Shown here: in pieces, positions 58,296 through 64,000 of the stretch | How the letters are laid out: each line of letters begins with the position of its first letter | Numbering within the stretch: the stretch's first letter is position 1 | NCBI GenBank assembly: GCA_050250855.1 | Contig: JBFWNW010000001.1 | Span: 376,279-440,278, forward strand | DNA length: 64,000 nucleotides | Direction of reading: 5' to 3' | Source of the DNA: Candidatus Babeliales bacterium | GTDB lineage: Bacteria; Babelota; Babeliae; Babelales; JACPOV01 | The notes under the pieces: generated by a model | What the model was told of the DNA's origin: nothing | The model's input: only the letters and a program-made list of their open reading frames with translations | Databases searched by the model: none | Program-made: the position numbers and the translations under genes

Positions 58296-58955
58296 ATGAT
58301 TAAAAAAACTATATTCAGTACGCTGGTGTTTATTACCATGAATGCTATGGATAATAATTCTTGTTTTATGCAATCGTATAACAAAACGCTTGCCGCTATT
58401 AATGCTTATCAAAAAGTAGAACCTAATCAGATTAACTTTTTGTATGCCATGAAGAATGAACCGTTAAGAAAAGGTGCGCAGCAAGATCTTTTATCATGTG
58501 CGGAGCTTAAGAATGCGAGAGCTCAAGGTTTTACTATTGACTCATATAGATCTAGAATTTTTACCAATCAATGTATTCCTTTTATTACAGGTCTTTTTAT
58601 AATCGGAAATGCTGGTATTGTTTCGAATAAAATCATACAAGACATACAAAAAAATAGAAAAGAGCTCACAGCTGCTTGGGATTCGGATACAGGTCGTAGG
58701 TATGAATATACATCACAATACACAGCTTTTATAGATTGGGAAAATGATCGATTAATAAAAATCACGTTTGATAAAGTACTTTTAGGAGGACTTTTAGTTT
58801 TCACCGCACTACTTACTAAAAAGTTTAGCATTAATCCTTTTTTGATGAATAAAAAAAAATGTACCGATGCACTTCTTCATGTCACTAGTAAAAAAGAAGC
58901 TGCTAAACATAACGAAACGTTGATGCGTAATATTGTTGATAGAGAAAAACTATAA
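58296..58955 (+). CDS. Exported/membrane paralog B
   Basis: AGGAGG before ATG 58296; same termini as paralog A. Confidence 0.75.
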   Translation: MIKKTIFSTLVFITMNAMDNNSCFMQSYNKTLAAINAYQKVEPNQINFLYAMKNEPLRKGAQQDLLSCAELKNARAQGFTIDSYRSRIFTNQCIPFITGLFIIGNAGIVSNKIIQDIQKNRKELTAAWDSDTGRRYEYTSQYTAFIDWENDRLIKITFDKVLLGGLLVFTALLTKKFSINPFLMNKKKCTDALLHVTSKKEAAKHNETLMRNIVDREKL

Positions 58956-58956
58956 G

Positions 58957-60258
58957 CTAAAAACTGTGCACCAGCTTTTTAAAATAAGCACCGCGTTCTT
59001 GATAGTTTTTAAATAAGTCAAAGCTTGCCCCGGCCGGTGAAAAAAGTACAGCATCGCCGCCTTGTGCATTATCCATACAAACAGAAAATGCTTGCTCAAG
59101 GGTAGAATATGCTTCTGCTGGAATTGTATATTCTGCGCAAGCGGTAAAAAGCTGTTCAGCTTCTTTGCCAAAACAGTACACTTTTTTGACCTTACCTTGT
59201 AACTCTTTGATCATGGGCTTGCGGTCAATACCTTTGCTAATACCACCCAAAAATAAAATAACTGAACTGTTACCAAGGGCATTCAGCGCAGTAAGCGTTG
59301 CTTGAGGAACGGTAGATTTTGAATCATTATAAAACGTAATATTATTTTTTGTAGCAACCTTTTCTAAGCGATGTTCAATAGTTTGTTCTTGTGCAAGAAA
59401 TGAAATATCAGGAGCAATACCCAAAAGATTGAGCGCTGCGGCAACAATAAGAATATTTTCTTGATACAGATGCGGTGGTAATGCAGCAATGTCGCATAAT
59501 TCTTTTTGCGTAACGCCATCTATAATTTTTTTATTATCCAGATAATAAAGATTATTTTCAAAACTATTTTGCTTTTTACAAGAAAAGAATCGTGTAGCCT
59601 TGGGCCACACAGTGTCATTTTTAAAAGTAAGCGGCACCAGTGATTTTTGATCTTCTTTTTGGTAAGCAAACATATTTTTTTTTGCAGCAAAATAATCCTG
59701 CAGCGTTGTATGCCGATCTAAATGATTCGGGAAAAAATTTGTCAGGATCGCTAAATCTGGGGCAAACAGTGTGCAATGCTCCAGCTGAAAGCTAGAAACT
59801 TCTAGAACAGCATAATCAAGTTCATCTTGCTTTTCTAATAGATCGCATAATCCCACACCAATATTGCCGCCGCAAACGACACGTTTGCCAGCATGCGCAA
59901 GCGCTTTGGTCAACAGCGTGGTAACCGTTGTTTTGCCTAAGGTGCCGGTAATGGCAATAATCGGTTTTTTAAAATAGAGCGCAAAAAGATCCAGCTCTGG
60001 CAATAATTTATGGTGTACCGATGCAAAGGGGCGCAGATCTATGCCGCCGCTCGGGATAATAATATCCTGCGTTTGTAAAAACTGCTCAAGGTTTTGCTCA
60101 TGAGCAACATTCAGCTTTTGTAATGTTGCTTCTTCATCTAAAGAAAGCGCTCGTTGATCAAAAATGGTTACGGCATGGCCAGCAGCCAAAAAGGCGGCTG
60201 TTGCTTTGCCCATAATGCCGTAGCCCCATATGCCAATTTTTTTATTATTGAGGTTCAT
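58957..60258 (-). CDS. murD: UDP-N-acetylmuramoyl-L-alanine--D-glutamate ligase
   Basis: AITGTLGKTT, GGNIG, LEVSSFQL, NHLDRH, EHRLE, YNDSKST, FSPAGASFD. Confidence 0.96.
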   Translation of the reverse strand: MNLNNKKIGIWGYGIMGKATAAFLAAGHAVTIFDQRALSLDEEATLQKLNVAHEQNLEQFLQTQDIIIPSGGIDLRPFASVHHKLLPELDLFALYFKKPIIAITGTLGKTTVTTLLTKALAHAGKRVVCGGNIGVGLCDLLEKQDELDYAVLEVSSFQLEHCTLFAPDLAILTNFFPNHLDRHTTLQDYFAAKKNMFAYQKEDQKSLVPLTFKNDTVWPKATRFFSCKKQNSFENNLYYLDNKKIIDGVTQKELCDIAALPPHLYQENILIVAAALNLLGIAPDISFLAQEQTIEHRLEKVATKNNITFYNDSKSTVPQATLTALNALGNSSVILFLGGISKGIDRKPMIKELQGKVKKVYCFGKEAEQLFTACAEYTIPAEAYSTLEQAFSVCMDNAQGGDAVLFSPAGASFDLFKNYQERGAYFKKLVHSF

Positions 60259-60261
60259 AGA

Positions 60262-60750
60262 TTATTGATAATATTCTTCAAAAGTAGTTTGTAAAAGTAA
60301 AATTTTGAAAAAATACTTTATACTTATATATAAACCATACCCAGGTAATTTTTCAATAAATGATATGACTGGGTATCTTTTTCTAACGATTTTTCCATCA
60401 CAGCTTCCATAATAAGAGGAAATGATTATATTTTCAGTTTCCTTATCAACCATTCCCTCATGCATAAGTCCAAGCTTTTCAAAAGTATTAATTGTTTCTT
60501 GTTTAAAGCGTTTATATTCTTCCTTTTTTTGATTTTCTGCCTCTTGGGGACTTAGATCTGGGTCGTTTGTGTAAAAACAATATTGAACTAAAAAGAAGTA
60601 GGGCCATTTATCAATTTCATGTAAAGCTTCCCATACCTTGTCTATTTTTTCTTGTGGAACATCGACACCATTGCGTAATACTGTTGCTTCAAGGACATTA
60701 TTATTTAAAAAATTAAGAACTAAAAACACAATAAATAGCTTTTTTTTCAT
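60262..60750 (-). CDS. Exported hypothetical protein sharing its leader with the two upstream genes
   Basis: MKKKLFIVFLVLNFLNNN leader; body unrelated to its neighbours. Confidence 0.7.
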   Translation of the reverse strand: MKKKLFIVFLVLNFLNNNVLEATVLRNGVDVPQEKIDKVWEALHEIDKWPYFFLVQYCFYTNDPDLSPQEAENQKKEEYKRFKQETINTFEKLGLMHEGMVDKETENIIISSYYGSCDGKIVRKRYPVISFIEKLPGYGLYISIKYFFKILLLQTTFEEYYQ

Positions 60751-60764
60751 AAGGACTACTTAGC

Positions 60765-61304
60765 TTAACTTTTTAAATGCCAAGATAAGCAGACACGGTC
60801 TTTGCATTCACCATTTTCATCCAAAGGCCAAAATTCTTGGTTTGGTTCTTGTTTAAAAAGTTCCTGATAGAGATTTATTAAATTTTCTTTTTGCTCGGGA
60901 GTCGCTGGCTCAGGTTTTTCAGCTGGCACATGATGCATGAATTTCCCCAATAATTTTTTGCAGAAATTTTTATATTCATGTGTAAATAATATAAATGTAT
61001 GCCAATAATCATCAAGCTCTTTATGAAACATAGGTAGTGGCATAGTTGATACAGAACCTGCTATTGCAAATTTTTTAAATTCTAGATCAAGAATCTTTAA
61101 ACGTTCATTAGATACTTCTTCATGTTCTTTTTTATAACGATTCATGACAAATGTTGTATCGTAAGCAAATATTTTTTCTCTAGATTCTATTGATATGGTA
61201 CTAGGCGCAGACTTTGGTACCCCACATGTCATAACAGAAAAATTATTGCCGTTATTATTTAAGAAATTAAGAAGTAAAAACACAATAGATAATTTTTTTT
61301 TCAT
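60765..61304 (-). CDS. Glycine-rich-domain-protein (GRDP/DUF1399)-like domain protein with leader
   Basis: LDDYWHTFILFTHEYKNFC..GKFMHHVP motif. Confidence 0.7.
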   Translation of the reverse strand: MKKKLSIVFLLLNFLNNNGNNFSVMTCGVPKSAPSTISIESREKIFAYDTTFVMNRYKKEHEEVSNERLKILDLEFKKFAIAGSVSTMPLPMFHKELDDYWHTFILFTHEYKNFCKKLLGKFMHHVPAEKPEPATPEQKENLINLYQELFKQEPNQEFWPLDENGECKDRVCLSWHLKS

Positions 61305-61447
61305 GATAAAGCCTTTGCTGTTTAATTAAATAGCAGCAACACCAATCGTTACTGCTATTATTACTTTTACTGTTAATAGTTTAATATTTAGTGAGCTAAA
61401 TATCCATTGAATAGAAGGCGCAATACCATTGTTTCAAGCTTGAAATA

Positions 61448-62050
61448 TTAAAAATCACAACTTTCACTTTCACAGTTGAAGTTACAAGCTCTACCACAAA
61501 TGGAACCACACCAGCTTGTACAGTCGCTAAATTTCTCATTTTTACTCAAGGGCCAAAATTCTTGGTTTGGTTCATGATTAAAAAGCTTCTGATATAAATT
61601 TATTAAATTTTCTTTTTGCTCAATGCTTACTGGTTCTGGATTTTCAGCAGGTACATGATGCATAAATTTCCCCAATAATTTTTTGCAGAAATTTTTATAT
61701 TCATGCGTAAATAATATAAATGTATGCCAATAATCATCAAGATCTTTGTTGCACATAGGTAATGGCATAGTTGATACAGAACCTGCTATTGCAAATTTCT
61801 TAAACTCTAGATCAAGGATTTGTAAGCGATCATCAGATACGTCTTTATGTTCTTTTCTATAGCGATTCATGACAAATGTTGTATCGTAAGCAAATATTTG
61901 TTCTCTAGATTCTATTGATAGGTTACTAGGTTCAGATTTTGGGACGCCACATGTCATAACCGGTGCATAGCAATCCATGCTTGAAGAATTATTACCGTTA
62001 TTATTTAAGAAATTAAGAAGTAAAAACACAATAGATAATTTTTTTTTCAT
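61448..62050 (-). CDS. GRDP/DUF1399-like domain protein with leader and Cys-rich tail
   Basis: Same motif; tail CTSWCGSICGRACNFNCESESC. Confidence 0.7.
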   Translation of the reverse strand: MKKKLSIVFLLLNFLNNNGNNSSSMDCYAPVMTCGVPKSEPSNLSIESREQIFAYDTTFVMNRYRKEHKDVSDDRLQILDLEFKKFAIAGSVSTMPLPMCNKDLDDYWHTFILFTHEYKNFCKKLLGKFMHHVPAENPEPVSIEQKENLINLYQKLFNHEPNQEFWPLSKNEKFSDCTSWCGSICGRACNFNCESESCDF

Positions 62051-62117
62051 AATGCTCCTTTTGTGGATTCGTTATATAAAAATCTTTATGCAATTTTGTA
62101 TGAAAGTGTTTTTTTTG

Positions 62118-63545
62118 TCAATATTTTTCTGAAAATAAGCTGAAATTACCATCCTTAACCTCATAAATCGTAGAAATTGATAATTCTTTTAAAAATTCTA
62201 GATCATGAGTTACTATAATCATTGCTCCTGAATAAGCATTAAGAACTTTTATAACATGCCTCCGTATTTCAAGATCAATATTATTAGTTATTTCATCAAG
62301 CAGTAAAAGAGAAGGATTACGTGCTGCAAGTTGCGCTAAGCATAACCGTGCTTTTTCACCACCTGATAGCGATGAAATTTTAGCTGCGATGCTTTCCTGA
62401 GCGCTGAAAAGAAAATCATTTAAATGTTTGCGCACTTGTTGACTTGACCACATAGGAGCAGCATCTTGTATGATTTCTTCAACTGTTAAGTTGCAGTTAA
62501 GTGTTGAATAGTGTTGATCTAAATAACCAATATCATTTTTTTCTGGTATTAGCCATTCTCCTTGCAATAGTATTGCTGAATCTTGTAAAATAGCTTTTAA
62601 TAGTGTTGATTTTCCAGTGCCATTATCACCTATAATTGCAATTCTAGTATCGCCTTGTAGTTGGAGATTTATATCTTTAAGCAAAGGATTTTTATAACCA
62701 CAACTTCCATGATTAATAGAGACAATTGATTTTTTTGAAGGTGTTTTGCATGCTTCAAGATTAAATTTAGGCTCTAGCTCTTTATGAATAAAGTTATTGG
62801 TAAATTGTTGTTGTATATTTTCTTGAGACCTAGATAATCGTTTTAAATTTTTTCCGATAGTTTGTGATCCACTTTCTTTCATAGCGCCCAATAAACTACG
62901 ATCATTTTCATTTTTATTACGGGATTTGCTTTGAGAGGCTCTTTTATTTTCTTGTTCTATCAATTTACGCAACTTGCGTTTTTCCTTGAGCAAATACTCT
63001 CGCTGGAGTTCAAGAGTATTTTTTTTGAGATCATGTTCTTTGAGATATTTTTTATAGTTTCCTCGAAAAATACTTATTAAGCTATGTTCAATATGCCAAA
63101 TTTCATCAAATTCTAAGTTTAATATATCGGGGTCATGTGAAACTATTATTAATGTCCCAGAATATCGCTGTAACATGTGAATTAGTGATCTCTTGTTATT
63201 TAGGTCTAAATGATTAGTTGGTTCATCAAGGCATAAAATATCAGGATTAAGGCTGAGGGCTTTTGAAAGTTCTTTATTAAATCGTTGCCCTCCACTTAAT
63301 TCAGTATACTCTTGAATTGTTTGAGGAACGTAACCAAATACTAAACTATCTGGAATAGTAACAGTCCCCTCGATGGGATTTACAAGTCCTTGAATTATTT
63401 TAAGCAGGGTAGATTTTCCAGCACCATTAATCCCCATAATAACTATACGCTTTTTGGGATAAATTTGTGCATTAAAGTTTTCAAAACAAATTTTGTTATG
63501 AATAGAAAAAGAAATATTATTAATGCTAATTGGTTTTTTATTCAT
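62118..63545 (-). CDS. ABC-F family ATPase (two NBDs, no TM)
   Basis: GINGAGKST, LSGGQ, LDEPTNHLD; GDNGTGKST, LSGGEKAR, LDEITNNID. Confidence 0.92.
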   Translation of the reverse strand: MNKKPISINNISFSIHNKICFENFNAQIYPKKRIVIMGINGAGKSTLLKIIQGLVNPIEGTVTIPDSLVFGYVPQTIQEYTELSGGQRFNKELSKALSLNPDILCLDEPTNHLDLNNKRSLIHMLQRYSGTLIIVSHDPDILNLEFDEIWHIEHSLISIFRGNYKKYLKEHDLKKNTLELQREYLLKEKRKLRKLIEQENKRASQSKSRNKNENDRSLLGAMKESGSQTIGKNLKRLSRSQENIQQQFTNNFIHKELEPKFNLEACKTPSKKSIVSINHGSCGYKNPLLKDINLQLQGDTRIAIIGDNGTGKSTLLKAILQDSAILLQGEWLIPEKNDIGYLDQHYSTLNCNLTVEEIIQDAAPMWSSQQVRKHLNDFLFSAQESIAAKISSLSGGEKARLCLAQLAARNPSLLLLDEITNNIDLEIRRHVIKVLNAYSGAMIIVTHDLEFLKELSISTIYEVKDGNFSLFSEKY

Positions 63546-63602
63546 AAAAATAACTCCTACTTATAGCATTAAGTTTAAATTATTTTTTAAAACGAGTATA
63601 TC

Positions 63603-63626
63603 AAACAAGAGTCCGGACTCTTGTTT
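63603..63626. promoter_or_regulatory. Perfect 24-bp palindrome (operator or terminator)
   Basis: AAACAAGAGTCC|GGACTCTTGTTT between the PadR-like gene and the ABC-F gene. Confidence 0.5.
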
Positions 63627-63636
63627 AGTGCTTCTA

Positions 63637-64000
63637 CTATGGTAACTGATCCTTTTTTACTTTTTCAAGAGCAGATTCAATCCATGCTATTTCTGCATTC
63701 ATATGCGCAATTTGCAGTTGAAAATTCTCAGAAATGTGGCGAGGTGCTTTTGTCTCTTTCATGCGCAAGGGGGTTAAGTGTTGCATAGAGTCAACAATTG
63801 ACTTTAAAATGCGCACTCTATTTTCTAAAGCAAGAACAATCTCTTCTTTTGGCAGCATATTCATAAATGTCAATGCAACTTGAAAAGGATCGATGATTGG
63901 CTTTATTTCCCACCATTGATTACGCAGAAGGCGCTTAAACTCCTCCTTACCACTTTCTGTTATTTCGTAGATTGTTTTGCCTGATGCTTCTTGTACCGTT
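63637..64000 (-). CDS. PadR-family transcriptional regulator (3' part; runs off window end)
   Basis: Frame open to the window edge: ..GKTIYEITESGKEEFKRLL.., then a helical C-terminus ending AEIAWIE. Confidence 0.8.
   Translation of the reverse strand, partial: TVQEASGKTIYEITESGKEEFKRLLRNQWWEIKPIIDPFQVALTFMNMLPKEEIVLALENRVRILKSIVDSMQHLTPLRMKETKAPRHISENFQLQIAHMNAEIAWIESALEKVKKDQLP

Noticed and set aside
61305..61447. Hydrophobic reading-frame remnant between the GRDP-like genes
   Set aside because: No start codon or RBS in that frame; too short to support

Overview
A 64-kb, AT-rich bacterial chromosomal segment. The gene content is most consistent with an intracellular protist parasite of Candidatus Dependentiae (TM6/Babeliales). 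This is an inference from tandem ankyrin genes carrying Sec-type leaders, many short MKKLL-leader proteins and an alpha2-type GlyRS; no rRNA is present to confirm it. Housekeeping genes (glyQS, HtrA, tlyA, dnaA, pgk, rpiB, trxB-trx fusion, pepA, ftsW, murD, two tRNA-Arg, split LigD PE+POL) alternate with five tandem arrays of paralogous, apparently exported proteins. The main unexplained structures are: (1) a modular exported-protein architecture, in which predicted mature N-termini begin Met-(D/E/Q/K) in three unrelated families and leaders or C-terminal tails are shared by unrelated bodies; (2) a six-gene ankyrin array with a C-terminal F-box-like motif and mosaic sequence exchange; (3) four gene cassettes preceded by a repeated ~170-bp terminator/inverted-repeat/promoter unit; (4) about ten REP/REPIN-like palindromic elements, some nested inside each other or tandemly amplified, with compensatory base changes. 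No CRISPR array, transposase or integrase is visible. All calls come from motif recognition by eye; no database searches were run.
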